A DNA stretch of 59,567 nt from Rickettsiales bacterium (GTDB taxonomy: Bacteria; Pseudomonadota; Alphaproteobacteria; Rickettsiales; UBA1997): positions 1-59,567 of the forward strand of contig CANDYP010000001.1 in assembly GCA_947425005.1 (NCBI GenBank), given 5' to 3'. A model generated the notes under the pieces. It did not search any database and was not told the origin of the DNA. It saw nothing but the letters and a program-made list of their open reading frames with translations. Of this stretch, positions 19,131-29,362 are shown one piece after another; positions within the stretch are counted from its first letter, which is position 1, and each line of letters begins with the position of its first letter. The position numbers were made by a program, and so were the translations under genes.

Positions 19131-19865
19131 ATGAAAAACTGGACCCACAAAAACTTCACCATTCACCAATTCTCTCAGCTCGAAAGCACCAACAAAACTG
19201 CCTTCGAAATGGCGGAAAATAAAAAACTTTTCGACCGCGAAATAATTCTTGCCGATTCCCAAACCGCTGGCAAAGGCCGGGAGTCAAGGGTCTGGAGTTC
19301 GCCGCAGGGCAATCTTTATTTCTCGCTAATCTTACAGCCCAAAATTCCGGCAGAAAAAATTTCGCAAATTTCCTTTGTCGCGATTACGGCTTTAAGGATG
19401 ATGGTTGAAGGTCTGGCGCCAAATCACAAAATCCAAAATAAATGGCCTAACGATCTTTTAATTGACGAAAAAAAAGTTGCCGGCCTCTTGCTCGCAAGCA
19501 AAATCTCGCAAAAAAATTGTGAATTTGTAATCGTCGGAATTGGCTTGAATCTTGCCTCCAACCCCGGTCAAACAATTTTCCCCGCCAGTAATTTAAAAGA
19601 ATTTGAAATCAGTTTAACTGCCGAAGAGGCGCTAAAAAATTTCCTCAACCAGTTTGAAAATCTTTACGAAAACTGGCTGACTTACGGATTTGTTGGAGTG
19701 CGCAAACTCTGGCTAGAAAAGGCTTACCGCCTGAAGAAAGAAATTTCTGTTAAAAACGGCGAAGAAAAAATCGGTGGAATTTTTGAAGATTTGGATGAGG
19801 CGGGAAATCTGATTTTGCAGACAAAAAATGGTGTAAAAAAAATCTTAGCAGCAGACATTTTTTGA
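19131..19865 (+). CDS. birA: biotin--[acetyl-CoA-carboxylase] ligase (group I, no N-terminal HTH)
   Basis: 244 aa. Has the GKGRESRVWSSPQG biotin-binding motif and KWPNDLL. Confidence 0.88.
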   Translation: MKNWTHKNFTIHQFSQLESTNKTAFEMAENKKLFDREIILADSQTAGKGRESRVWSSPQGNLYFSLILQPKIPAEKISQISFVAITALRMMVEGLAPNHKIQNKWPNDLLIDEKKVAGLLLASKISQKNCEFVIVGIGLNLASNPGQTIFPASNLKEFEISLTAEEALKNFLNQFENLYENWLTYGFVGVRKLWLEKAYRLKKEISVKNGEEKIGGIFEDLDEAGNLILQTKNGVKKILAADIF

Positions 19866-19889
19866 ATTTCCACATGCATGTGGAAATTC
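19864..19889. other. perfect 26-bp palindrome GAATTTCCACATGCATGTGGAAATTC overlapping the birA stop
   Basis: Read directly. The first 13 nt are the exact reverse complement of the last 13 nt. Confidence 0.85.
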
Positions 19890-19965
19890 AGGAAAATTCT
19901 GAAGAGCCTAGAGTTAGTGTCGATTTAAGCTTTTCGTCTCCTTGGTAAAAAATACGAAATTTCTA

Positions 19966-20016
19966 ATCCAAACCGGTGGTTTTGATTCCGCTCAACCGAC
20001 GGTTTGGATTTTTTTG
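19966..20016 (+). terminator. stem-loop plus T-run in the birA/prfA convergent gap
   Basis: ATCCAAACCG ...23-nt loop... CGGTTTGGAT followed by TTTTTTT, immediately before the prfA stop at 20017. Confidence 0.5.
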
Positions 20017-21087
20017 TTACTCACTTTCCGACAATTTTTTTGCCCGATCATCCGCCGTCAGCGCATTAATAAATTCGTCCAACTCACCAAGCATGATGTC
20101 GTCGATGCGGTAGCTGGTAAGGTTGATGCGGTGGTCGGTGACGCGACTTTGAGGGAAGTTGTAAGTGCGGATGCGCTCCGAGCGGTCGCCGCTGCCGATT
20201 TGCTCTTTACGATTTGCCGAAATTTCTTTGTCGATTCTGTCGCGCTCAGCTTCGTAAAGCCTAGAGCGCAGTACCTTCATCGCTTTCTCACGATTTTTAA
20301 TTTGCGATTTTTCGTCCTGCATTGACACGGTTACGCCGGTTGGAATGTGCACGATTCGCACCGCCGAATCCGTGGTGTTCACCGATTGACCGCCCGGACC
20401 GGAAGAGCGAAAAACGTCAATCCGCAAATCTTTTTCTTCGATTTTAATGTCAACTTCTTCAGCTTCCGGAAGCACTGCAACCGTTGCCGCTGAGGTGTGC
20501 ACGCGACCCTGGTTTTCAGTTTCAGGAACGCGTTGCACGCGGTGTACTCCCGATTCAAATTTCAAACGCGCAAAAACATTTCGTCCCGTAATCGTTGCGG
20601 AAGCGTCTTTGTAGCCGCCAAGACCAGTGTCAGAAATTGACAGAATCTCAAATTTCCAACGATTTTTTTCGGCGTATTTTTGGTACATTGCGAAAAGCCT
20701 CTGGGCGAAAAGTGCTGCCTCTTCGCCGCCAGTACCGGCGCGCACTTCAAGAATTGCGTTCTTTTCGTCGGCCGCATCTTTGGGCAAAAGTGAAAGTTTA
20801 ATTTCTTCTTCGAGCTCCGGAATTTTGTGTTCGAGATCAAATTTTTCCTGATCCAGCATGTCTTTCATCTCCTTGTCGAGCCCGCCTGCAGCAAGCATTT
20901 CGGTGACCTCAACAATGTCGCGCGTATTTTTTTTGTAAGCATTAATCAACTCCACAATCGGCGTCATGTCGGAATGCTCTTTCGAAACTCGCGCGTAATC
21001 ATTGCCCAGCGCCGCCGGATCTAAAAGCCGCTTTTCCAATTCAGCATGTTTCGTAACAATGCCGTCGAGTTTTTGTGTGAATGACAT
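20017..21087 (-). CDS. prfA: peptide chain release factor 1
   Basis: 356 aa. Has the PET-type tripeptide region RVQRVPETE (the RF1 PxT motif) and the GGQ motif SGPGGQSVN. Confidence 0.93.
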   Translation of the reverse strand: MSFTQKLDGIVTKHAELEKRLLDPAALGNDYARVSKEHSDMTPIVELINAYKKNTRDIVEVTEMLAAGGLDKEMKDMLDQEKFDLEHKIPELEEEIKLSLLPKDAADEKNAILEVRAGTGGEEAALFAQRLFAMYQKYAEKNRWKFEILSISDTGLGGYKDASATITGRNVFARLKFESGVHRVQRVPETENQGRVHTSAATVAVLPEAEEVDIKIEEKDLRIDVFRSSGPGGQSVNTTDSAVRIVHIPTGVTVSMQDEKSQIKNREKAMKVLRSRLYEAERDRIDKEISANRKEQIGSGDRSERIRTYNFPQSRVTDHRINLTSYRIDDIMLGELDEFINALTADDRAKKLSESE

Positions 21088-21210
21088 CCTTTGGGAGATT
21101 TAAAAAGTTGATTTATTTGCAGAGTTTTTAGAGACTGCCGAAACCGCAGCAAGCATCTAAAATCAAGGGCGCGCAAACTAGCAACGCAATTAAAAAACAC
21201 AAGTTACGAA

Positions 21211-22800
21211 ATGTCTTACAAAAACTTTTACATCACCTCGCCGATTTATTACGTCAATGATGTGCCGCATATTGGACACGCTTACACTTCGGTTTCGTGT
21301 GACGTGATGGCGCGGTTTAAAAGGCTTTGCGGGTTTGATGTGCGTTTCTTAACGGGGACGGATGAGCACGGGCAGAAGGTGGAAAAGTCGGCGCTTTTGC
21401 GTCAAAAAACGCCGCAAGAATTTTGCGATGAAATTTCGGGGAAGTTCCGCGAACTGGCTCAAACACTGGGTTTGTCGAATGACGATTTTATTCGCACGAC
21501 GGAAGAACGTCACAAAAAATCGGCGCAAGAATTTTGGCGCATTTTGGAAAAAAATGGCTGGATTTACAAAAGTATTTACGAGGGTTGGTACGCCGTTCGT
21601 GACGAAGCTTTTTACGGCGAAGATGAATTGGTCAATGGCAAGGCCCCTACGGGCGCAGTGGTTGAATGGCACAAAGAAGAAAGCTATTTTTTCAAACTTT
21701 CGGCCTTTCAAGACAAATTGCTGGCGCTGTACGAAGCGGTGCCAGACTTCATTCAGCCTGAATCCAAGCGTAATGAAGTGATCTCATTCGTGCGTGGCGG
21801 CAAAGATTACGTCAAGGGCGCGCTCCGCGACCTGTCTATCTCGCGCACCTCTTTTTCTTGGGGCGTCAAAGTTCCAAGTGACGAAAATCACGTAATGTAC
21901 GTCTGGCTTGATGCACTGACTAACTACCTCTCCGCCCTTGGCTTTCCTAACGAAAACGATCCGCTGATTCAAAAATTTTGGTGCGACACGCTTGATTCTC
22001 CGGTACATGTTGTCGGCAAAGATATCCTGCGCTTCCACGCGGTGTACTGGCCGGCCTTCTTAATGGCGGCGCAAATTCCACTGCCCAATAAAGTTTTTGC
22101 GCACGGCTGGTGGACCAATGAAGGCCAAAAAATTTCCAAATCTGTCGGCAATGTGATTGATCCGCATCAAGAGTTGGAGTGGCTGAAAACCTTTGGCTGC
22201 GACGACGCCACGGCGGTGGACTACTTCAAATATTTTCTGCTGCGCGAAGTGCCTTTCGGCAATGACGGCGACTACAATCGCAAAAATTTAGTCACCAGAA
22301 TCAACGCCGAATTGGCGAATAATATTGGCAATTTGGGGCAGAGAATTTTGTCAATGATTTACAAAAATAATGACGGAAAAATTGTTAATTTTTCTTACTT
22401 TGACGACGCCAAAGAATTGCTCGAGAAGGCTTACCAATTGCCGGCGGAAGTCACTTCTGAAATGGACCAATTCGCCTTCGACCAAGCGATTGAAAAAATC
22501 ATTTTATTTGCTCGTGCCTGCAACTTTTTCGTCGACCAAAAAGCGCCGTGGAATTTGAAAAAAGAACACCGCATTGAAGAGATGAATCTGGTTTTGTCGA
22601 CCATTGCCGAATGTTTGCGCTGCCTCGCCATCGCGCTCCAGCCCTTCGTTCCCGCCCTGGCGCCGAAAATTTTAGACATTCTGAATGTCGATGAAAAACA
22701 CCGCGCACTGAAATTTCTAAGCAGCGATTACGCGTTAAAAGCCGGGCACCAAATTAATGAGCCGAAGGGCGTCTTTCCTCGCTTAGAGGCTGCGAGATGA
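21211..22800 (+). CDS. metG: methionine--tRNA ligase (short form)
   Basis: PHIGHAYT (HIGH) and KISKSVGN (KMSKS) motifs. 529 aa. Confidence 0.92.
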   Translation: MSYKNFYITSPIYYVNDVPHIGHAYTSVSCDVMARFKRLCGFDVRFLTGTDEHGQKVEKSALLRQKTPQEFCDEISGKFRELAQTLGLSNDDFIRTTEERHKKSAQEFWRILEKNGWIYKSIYEGWYAVRDEAFYGEDELVNGKAPTGAVVEWHKEESYFFKLSAFQDKLLALYEAVPDFIQPESKRNEVISFVRGGKDYVKGALRDLSISRTSFSWGVKVPSDENHVMYVWLDALTNYLSALGFPNENDPLIQKFWCDTLDSPVHVVGKDILRFHAVYWPAFLMAAQIPLPNKVFAHGWWTNEGQKISKSVGNVIDPHQELEWLKTFGCDDATAVDYFKYFLLREVPFGNDGDYNRKNLVTRINAELANNIGNLGQRILSMIYKNNDGKIVNFSYFDDAKELLEKAYQLPAEVTSEMDQFAFDQAIEKIILFARACNFFVDQKAPWNLKKEHRIEEMNLVLSTIAECLRCLAIALQPFVPALAPKILDILNVDEKHRALKFLSSDYALKAGHQINEPKGVFPRLEAAR

Positions 22801-23594
22801 AAATAGTTTCGTGGAATATTAATTCGCTGCGTTTGCGTTTGCCGTTGCTCAAAAAATTTGTTGAAGAAGCGGCGCCCGACGTAATTTGCTTGCAAGAAAT
22901 CAAAGTTGCAGATGAGGCCTTTCCGCTTAAGGCAGTCAAGGCTTTAGGCTTCGAGCATGTGGCGTTTTCTGGTGAAAAATCTTACAATGGCGTGGCGATT
23001 ATTTCGAAATTTCCGCTGAGCAAAATTGAGAAAATCGACGTCGAAAATTACGGTCACAAACGCCACATTTCGGCGGCACTTGAAACTAAGCACGGTGAAG
23101 TTTTTCTGCACAATTTCTACGTGCCGGCGGGTGGCGATATTCCTGACGTGGCGCTGAATAATAAATTCGATCACAAACTAAAATTTGTTGACTGGATGAC
23201 GGATTATTTCGCGCCACAAAAAGACCGAAAAATAATCATTCTGGGCGACATGAATATTGCGCCGCTCCCGCACGATGTTTGGTCGCACAAACAATTGTTA
23301 AAAATTGTTTCGCACACGCCAATTGAAGTCGAAAAAATGGCGCGCTTGCAAGAGAGTTTGAACTGGATCGACACCCACCGCCATTTCGTCGATCATTCAG
23401 AAAAACTTTACAGCTGGTGGAGTTACCGCGGGCTTGATCCGCTTACTTCGAACAAGGGTCGCAGATTGGACCACATTTGGGCGACGCCGAATCTCAAAGA
23501 CCAAATCAAATCGATGAAAATTTACACAGATTTTCGGGTGGAGACTCAGCCTTCGGATCACGTGCCGATTGAAACAATCTTTGATTTATTGTGA
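22797..23594 (+). CDS. xth: exodeoxyribonuclease III
   Basis: MKIVSWNINSLR, CLQEIK, GDMNIAP and SDHVPI motifs. 4-nt overlap with metG. Confidence 0.9.
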   Translation: MKIVSWNINSLRLRLPLLKKFVEEAAPDVICLQEIKVADEAFPLKAVKALGFEHVAFSGEKSYNGVAIISKFPLSKIEKIDVENYGHKRHISAALETKHGEVFLHNFYVPAGGDIPDVALNNKFDHKLKFVDWMTDYFAPQKDRKIIILGDMNIAPLPHDVWSHKQLLKIVSHTPIEVEKMARLQESLNWIDTHRHFVDHSEKLYSWWSYRGLDPLTSNKGRRLDHIWATPNLKDQIKSMKIYTDFRVETQPSDHVPIETIFDLL

Positions 23595-24022
23595 AAAAAA
23601 TTCTGATTAACTCCCAAAAAGAAATGGTCGATTTCGCCAGGGAAATCGCGGCTCAAACGCAGGTGGGGGACGTCATTGGATTGAAGGGAACGCTCGGTGC
23701 TGGCAAAAGTTTTTTGGCGCGGAATTTCATTAATTTTTTAAGCGAAAAACCGGTCGAAGTTTTGAGTCCGACTTTCAATTTGGTTTACTCTTACGACACT
23801 AAAAAAGGCGAAGTTTTTCACTTCGATCTTTACCGCTTAAAAGACGCGGCAGAGCTTGAAAATATTGGCTTTTTTGAGTCTTTGCAAAACGGAATTTGCC
23901 TGATTGAATGGCCGGAAATCGCGGAAAGATTTTTTAAAAAAAATTATCTCGAGATTGAGATTAAAACTGTTGCTGGTGCGAACTCTGAGGCGCGAGAAAT
24001 TTTATTAAAATGGAAAAACTAA
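23591..24022 (+). CDS. tsaE: tRNA threonylcarbamoyladenosine biosynthesis ATPase TsaE
   Basis: 143 aa. Has P-loop GTLGAGKS, SPTFNLV, HFDLYRL and IEWPE. Confidence 0.88.
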   Translation: MKKILINSQKEMVDFAREIAAQTQVGDVIGLKGTLGAGKSFLARNFINFLSEKPVEVLSPTFNLVYSYDTKKGEVFHFDLYRLKDAAELENIGFFESLQNGICLIEWPEIAERFFKKNYLEIEIKTVAGANSEAREILLKWKN

Positions 24023-24023
24023 A

Positions 24024-25004
24024 ATGGAAAAATTCGAATTCGAAGTTGCTGAAAATGAAGATGGAATAAGGCTCGACAAATTTTTAACTGAAAAATTTTC
24101 AGCAATAAAACCAGAAATTAATCGCACCAAAATCCAAAATTTGATTGAGAGAGAAATGGTGTTGGATGAGAAGGGCAAGGCCATCAGCGCTCCTTCGCAA
24201 AAAACTAAAATTGGTCAAAAATTTTCTGTCTCAACGCTCGATCCCAAACCTTCACACCTGACTGCACGCGAAATTCCCTTCGAAATTATTTTCGAAGACG
24301 ACGATCTTTTGGTGATTAACAAACCCGCCGGGCTCACGGTTCATCCCGGTACGGGCAATCAAGACAACACTTTGGTCAATGCGCTTTTATTCACGCACCA
24401 AAACAAACTTTCTTCAATTAGCGGCGAATTTCGTCCGGGCATTGTGCACCGCTTGGACAAGGATACGTCTGGTCTGATGCTGGTTGCCAAAAATGATTTT
24501 ACTCACCAAATCCTCAGCCAAAAACTTCAAGACCGCGAAATTAAAAGAAGCTACCTGACCTTTATTTTCGGCTGCGCGATACCCCCACGAGGTATGATTA
24601 ATAAGAACATCGTGCGTTCACGGATTAATCGTTTGAAGATGTCGATTTCACGAACTTACGGGCGCGAGGCGATTACCAATTACGAAACCAAAGAAGTGTT
24701 CTGCGACGGCTTTGCCAGCATGTTGGAGTGCAAATTGCAAACCGGTAGAACTCACCAAATTCGTGTCCATTTAGAATCAATCAAACATTCATTAATCGGC
24801 GATCAGCTTTACAATTCTTGCAAAAAAATTATTCCATCCCACTTGCCAATCGAAGCAAAAAATTTCATTAAAGAATTCCCGCGCCAAGCCCTGCACTCCT
24901 ACAAAATCAGCTTCCTCCACCCCCGCAGCAACGAAGAAATGACTTTTGAAATTGACCTTCCGGAAGATTTAAAATTATTAAAAACTTTTTTAACTAATTC
25001 TTAA
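24024..25004 (+). CDS. rluD: RluA-family 23S rRNA pseudouridine synthase (RluD-like)
   Basis: S4-like N-terminus (IRLDKFL), the catalytic HRLDKDTSGLM motif, and GRTHQIRVH. Confidence 0.85.
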   Translation: MEKFEFEVAENEDGIRLDKFLTEKFSAIKPEINRTKIQNLIEREMVLDEKGKAISAPSQKTKIGQKFSVSTLDPKPSHLTAREIPFEIIFEDDDLLVINKPAGLTVHPGTGNQDNTLVNALLFTHQNKLSSISGEFRPGIVHRLDKDTSGLMLVAKNDFTHQILSQKLQDREIKRSYLTFIFGCAIPPRGMINKNIVRSRINRLKMSISRTYGREAITNYETKEVFCDGFASMLECKLQTGRTHQIRVHLESIKHSLIGDQLYNSCKKIIPSHLPIEAKNFIKEFPRQALHSYKISFLHPRSNEEMTFEIDLPEDLKLLKTFLTNS

Positions 25005-25011
25005 ATTAGCC

Positions 25012-25254
25012 ATGACTGTAGAAGAAAAAATTAAAAAATTTTCACGAAAAGCAACTTTGCTTTCGGATGAAGAAATTTTGCGGAGAAAAAAATATCTCAG
25101 AAATTTTAGAGCGATTAGTGCTCTAGAGGGCTTTGCTACCTCGGCGCTTGATCAAGAAATTTTTGATTTATTAGTCTGTAACAAAATCTCTGCCAACGAT
25201 TACCTATCACTTTGCCAAGAAGTCACGCATGCAAAAACTAACCACAAAAACTAA
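25012..25254 (+). CDS. VbhA-like antitoxin of a class I Fic toxin
   Basis: 80-aa ORF directly upstream of and overlapping the Fic gene. It contains ISALEGF, which resembles the (S/T)xxxE(G/N) inhibitory motif with the Ser offset by one residue. Confidence 0.6.
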   Translation: MTVEEKIKKFSRKATLLSDEEILRRKKYLRNFRAISALEGFATSALDQEIFDLLVCNKISANDYLSLCQEVTHAKTNHKN

Positions 25255-25849
25255 CTCATATTTTAGCGATCAGGATCAAGATTACTCGGAAGGGTGTGGG
25301 GTGCTGAAGAATTTGCCACAAATTCAAAATCAAAATGAGTTAGAGGAGTTCGAAGACAAAGTCACAACTCTGCGACTGTTTGAGATGATTGAATACAGCG
25401 CTGATAAAAAAATTGATTTTGCTCTGTGGAAGCAAATTCACAAAATTTTATTTCGTGACGTTTATGAGTGGGCGGGAGAGGTAAGGAGCGTCCAGATGTC
25501 AAAAGGAAAAACAACATTTGCTCATCCTCAATTTATTGAGAGAGAAGGTAAGAAAATTTTTGAGAAATTGGCCGCAGAAAATTTTTTGCAGAATCTAAGT
25601 CACAATTCTTTTTGTGATCGCCTGGCCTATTATCACACCGAACTGAATGCCCTGCATCCTTTTCGCGAAGGTAACGGCAGAACTCTAAAACTTCTTTTGA
25701 ATGAATTGGCGCAAAGAAATGATTTTTACATTGCATGGGAAAGTGCAGTGGTTGGTGTGGAAAATTATCTTGCGGCAACCATCAAAGCACACGAAGGAAA
25801 TCAGGATTTATTGTTAGAATTTTTTGAAAAAATTGTAGTCAAAAAATGA
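25229..25849 (+). CDS. Fic family protein (VbhT-like adenylyltransferase toxin)
   Basis: Canonical Fic motif HPFREGNGRTLK. VLKNL near the N-terminus is as in VbhT/FicT. The exact start is uncertain; it overlaps the upstream ORF by 26 nt. Confidence 0.85.
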   Translation: MQKLTTKTNSYFSDQDQDYSEGCGVLKNLPQIQNQNELEEFEDKVTTLRLFEMIEYSADKKIDFALWKQIHKILFRDVYEWAGEVRSVQMSKGKTTFAHPQFIEREGKKIFEKLAAENFLQNLSHNSFCDRLAYYHTELNALHPFREGNGRTLKLLLNELAQRNDFYIAWESAVVGVENYLAATIKAHEGNQDLLLEFFEKIVVKK

Positions 25850-26742
25850 CCAGAAAAATTCTTATTATTTCAGGACCGACTGCTTCGGGGAAGTCGGATT
25901 TGGCGTTGAGATTGGCAGGTGAAAGGGATGTTGCGATTATTAATGCGGATTCGTTGCAGATTTATCAAGGCTTGCCGATTCTGTCTTCGCAGCCGTCAGA
26001 ACAAGAGTTCAAAAAAGTAAAACATCTTTTGTATTCACATTTTTTGCCGAATGAAACTTCGTCGGTAGGCATTTGGTTAAAGCTTGTGAAAGCAAGTGTG
26101 GAAGAGGCTGAGCGCGCAGGAAAATTGCCGGTAATTGTTGGTGGCAGTGGGATGTACATTTCAAAATTAGTTGAGGGAATTTCCGAAATTCCCGAGATTT
26201 CTGAAGCGATTCGAAAAGATGCGCGTGAACTTTTTGACGAGATGGGCGAGGAAGAGTTTCGCAAAAGATTGCTTGATCTTGGTGAAGATGAAATACTCGA
26301 CAAGCAGCGCCTAATCAGGGCTTACGAGGTTTTGCAGCAAACCGGAAAATCGATTTTTTGGTGGCGTGAGCAGCCGCTAAAAAAGATTTTGCCCGAGGCG
26401 AATTTCCTTCACGTGAACTTAAATTTGGATCGCAAAAAACTTTACGAAAATTGTAATTTGCGTTTTGAAAAGATGTTGAAGTGTGGTGCTTTTGAAGAGG
26501 TGCAAAGCCTGATCAATCAAGGTGTGAACGATGAAATGCAAATCACTAAAACTTTAGGATTTTGTGAGATTCGAGATTTTTTAAATCAAAGAATTTCGCG
26601 CGAAAAAATGATTGAGTTGGCCACGCAGAAAACTCGCAATTACGCCAAAAGGCAAATGACCTGGTTTCGGCATCAGTTGCCGGGGAAGGTTGTGTGTAGC
26701 GACTACAAACAGGCTTTAAATTTTCTGCAAAATGAAATTTAA
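25846..26742 (+). CDS. miaA: tRNA dimethylallyltransferase
   Basis: P-loop GPTASGKS, DSLQIYQGL, and RNYAKRQMTWFR. Confidence 0.92.
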   Translation: MTRKILIISGPTASGKSDLALRLAGERDVAIINADSLQIYQGLPILSSQPSEQEFKKVKHLLYSHFLPNETSSVGIWLKLVKASVEEAERAGKLPVIVGGSGMYISKLVEGISEIPEISEAIRKDARELFDEMGEEEFRKRLLDLGEDEILDKQRLIRAYEVLQQTGKSIFWWREQPLKKILPEANFLHVNLNLDRKKLYENCNLRFEKMLKCGAFEEVQSLINQGVNDEMQITKTLGFCEIRDFLNQRISREKMIELATQKTRNYAKRQMTWFRHQLPGKVVCSDYKQALNFLQNEI

Positions 26743-27475
26743 CGACGAAGGAATAATCATCAGCTTAAAAAAATACGGAGAAAATTCTTTGATCGTGAAA
26801 GTTTTTTCGCGCCATCACGGAATTTACAGAGGCTTCGTCAAGTCAGTTAGATCAAGCAAAGACAAGACTATTTTCCAAATCGGAAATCTAATTACCTTCG
26901 AACATCGTGCCCGTATTGAAGAAAATCTCGGGCAATTTTTTAGTGCGGATTTAGCCAAAAGTTACTGCTCGAAAATGATGTTTGACAAGTTGCGACTCGA
27001 TTGCGTCAGATCAATATTTTCAATCATCGACAGTGTTTTTTTGGAAAGAGAAAATCACGAAATGCTTTTCAAAAAGTTGCAGGAATTTTTGCAAAAATTA
27101 GCCGACGACAATTCACAGAAAACAGATTTTCTGGCCGACTACATCAAGCTGGAATTAAAGATTTTAAAAACTCTGGGCTACGGCATCGACCTCTCTTCCT
27201 GCGCCGTTACCGATTCAACAATTAACCTCGCTTTTGTTTCGCCGAAATCAGCGCGGGCAGTCACTTCTGAAGTGGGCGAGCCTTACAAACACAAACTCTT
27301 GAAGCTGCCAAATTTTTTAGTTGAGGATGTTAAGTGTGACGAAAATCACCTGCTCGACGGCTTGCGTTTGAGCGGATATTTTTTGGAGAAATTTATTTTT
27401 GAAGAGAGGAGCGCGGCGGAGAAAAAGCAGCAGTTTGTTTACCGGGAGAGTATTGCGAAGTCGCTTTGTTTTTAA
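26732..27475 (+). CDS. recO: DNA repair protein RecO
   Basis: 247 aa with the N-terminal OB-fold pattern (EGIIISLKKYGENSLIVKVFSRHHG) and size typical of RecO. Sequence divergence is moderate. Confidence 0.75.
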   Translation: MKFNDEGIIISLKKYGENSLIVKVFSRHHGIYRGFVKSVRSSKDKTIFQIGNLITFEHRARIEENLGQFFSADLAKSYCSKMMFDKLRLDCVRSIFSIIDSVFLERENHEMLFKKLQEFLQKLADDNSQKTDFLADYIKLELKILKTLGYGIDLSSCAVTDSTINLAFVSPKSARAVTSEVGEPYKHKLLKLPNFLVEDVKCDENHLLDGLRLSGYFLEKFIFEERSAAEKKQQFVYRESIAKSLCF

Positions 27476-28285
27476 TTAAAAAATCAACGATCCCAACATC
27501 TCTACCGGATTCATTTTTTCGCCAAACAGCATGCAGACATAAAGCGCGACGCAGAGGGCGGGGGCGAAGGGGAAGGTTTTGTCTCTTTTAACTTTCTGCC
27601 AAATCACTCCAAAAATGGCGCCGAGCAGGCCGTTGAGCAGCATGAAAAGTAAGAAGCCATTCATTCCCAGCAGCAATCCTGCAATGAAAAAAAACTTAAT
27701 GTCGTCCACTCCGATGGCTTCAATATCAGCGGTGAAATAAAAAAATCCTAACATCAGCAAGCCAAATCCAGTGTAGATGAAAGCTGCTTTCACATTGATT
27801 AAAGCGCCGTCAACTCCGACGTCGTAAATGCGTAAAATAATTACTAAAATTGCTAAAAAATATTGGACGGAATCGGGAATGAAATAATGCTCCAGATCAA
27901 TGATGGAGATGGTGAAGAGGGTGGCGGTGATGAGACAAAGCAGAATCATTCTTGCATCAAATTTTTGTCCGCAGGCGAAAAAAATTATTAGAAAAGTTAC
28001 GGCAAATCCCACTTCAATTAAAGGGTAACGCGTCGAAATTTTGGCTAGGCAATTGCTGCATTTGCCGCGCTGGAATATCCAAGAAAGTAGCGGAATTAAA
28101 TTGCGAGCTTTGAGTGCGGTGCCACATTTGGGGCACTCGGAACGTGCAGCAGTCAGTGATTGTTTGGTGGCTAAGCGATGGCTAATAAAGCTGGCGAAAG
28201 ATCCGAGAATCATTCCGAAAACAGCGACCAGAGAAAGTTGCGCAGCAAAAGAAAGTTGGTTGTTTAAAATAGAGAAAAAATCCAT
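27476..28285 (-). CDS. prepilin peptidase (A24 family)
   Basis: N-terminal zinc motif CPKCG...LIPLLSW...GKCSNC...RYPLIE. Multi-pass membrane protein with catalytic Asp contexts (IIDLEH, GVDDIKF). Confidence 0.85.
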   Translation of the reverse strand: MDFFSILNNQLSFAAQLSLVAVFGMILGSFASFISHRLATKQSLTAARSECPKCGTALKARNLIPLLSWIFQRGKCSNCLAKISTRYPLIEVGFAVTFLIIFFACGQKFDARMILLCLITATLFTISIIDLEHYFIPDSVQYFLAILVIILRIYDVGVDGALINVKAAFIYTGFGLLMLGFFYFTADIEAIGVDDIKFFFIAGLLLGMNGFLLFMLLNGLLGAIFGVIWQKVKRDKTFPFAPALCVALYVCMLFGEKMNPVEMLGSLIF

Positions 28286-28365
28286 GTCGATGATTGATTG
28301 TTTTGAATCGGGCGGGGAAAATCATTGTTGGGTATAGCAGTGCCAACCTCTCCAAAATCAATATT

Positions 28366-29361
28366 ATGAGCTCCCCAAAAACAAGCTTTAAGATCTGTCT
28401 GGCGATTCTTTTGTGCGCGTTGTGCATTGCCTGCAACAGCAAAACGGCAACGGTCGTTAATCGCAGCAAAAACTTTTACGGCAAATATAACGCCTTCAAT
28501 AAAGACAAATATCGCAACTCGGGTAAGAAAAATTCTGGGACAAATTCGAGGCTGACAAATCATCAAATTGAAGTTGGGAATGACGAAACCATTTACAAAA
28601 TTTCTAAAAAATATCAGGTGCCGCTGCGTGATTTAATCAAACAGAATAATCTGGCGGCCCCTTACAAACTCAGCGCCGGCACCAAGTTAATAATTCCGGC
28701 GCCTTCGTATCACGAAGTAGAATCAGGCGACACAATTTACTCGATCGCGCGCAATTACAAAATGAATATTGAGAGTTTGGTGGAGCTAAATGATCTCAAA
28801 GCACCTTACGTACTGGTGGTTGGACGAAGAATCAGAGTTACAAAATTTGTCAGCGAAGATAGCGCGGTTGTGACGGCGGGGTCAAAGAAATCTGAAAAAT
28901 TAAACGAACAGGCAAGCGAACAAGTTGAGCAGTCAGAAGAGAAGTCCGGCCCGTCAAGTTTTATCGAAAAAACTTTGGATAAATTTAATCATTTTTCCTG
29001 GCCAATTTATGGCGAAGTGATTTCAAAATTCGGACCAAAAAGTGGCGGGCTTTACAATGACGGCATCAATATCAAAGCTGCCGAAGGTGATGCCGTAAAG
29101 GCTGCCGAAGATGGTGTGGTTTCTTACGCGGGCAATGAGTTGAAGGGTTACGGTAATTTAGTAATCGTAAAACATTCTGGCGGTTGGATCACAGCTTACG
29201 CGCATTTGTCTAAAATTTCTGTGAAGCGCGGCCAAAAAGTTACTAAATTGGGTAAAATTGGTGAGGTGGGATCCAGCGGCAATGTTGGCTCGCCACAACT
29301 TTACTTCGGTCTAAGAAAAGGCCGCGATGCGGTGAATCCTGAAAATTATTTAACGAAATAA
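28366..29361 (+). CDS. LysM domain-containing M23 family metallopeptidase (NlpD-like, probable lipoprotein)
   Basis: Signal/lipobox-like LLCALCIACNS, two LysM repeats (ETIYKISKKY..., DTIYSIARNY...), and an M23 core (GINIKAAEGDAV, GNLVIVKHSGGWITAYAHL). The ORF is open from 28294; ATG 28366 is preferred. Confidence 0.85.
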   Translation: MSSPKTSFKICLAILLCALCIACNSKTATVVNRSKNFYGKYNAFNKDKYRNSGKKNSGTNSRLTNHQIEVGNDETIYKISKKYQVPLRDLIKQNNLAAPYKLSAGTKLIIPAPSYHEVESGDTIYSIARNYKMNIESLVELNDLKAPYVLVVGRRIRVTKFVSEDSAVVTAGSKKSEKLNEQASEQVEQSEEKSGPSSFIEKTLDKFNHFSWPIYGEVISKFGPKSGGLYNDGINIKAAEGDAVKAAEDGVVSYAGNELKGYGNLVIVKHSGGWITAYAHLSKISVKRGQKVTKLGKIGEVGSSGNVGSPQLYFGLRKGRDAVNPENYLTK

Positions 29362-29362
29362 A

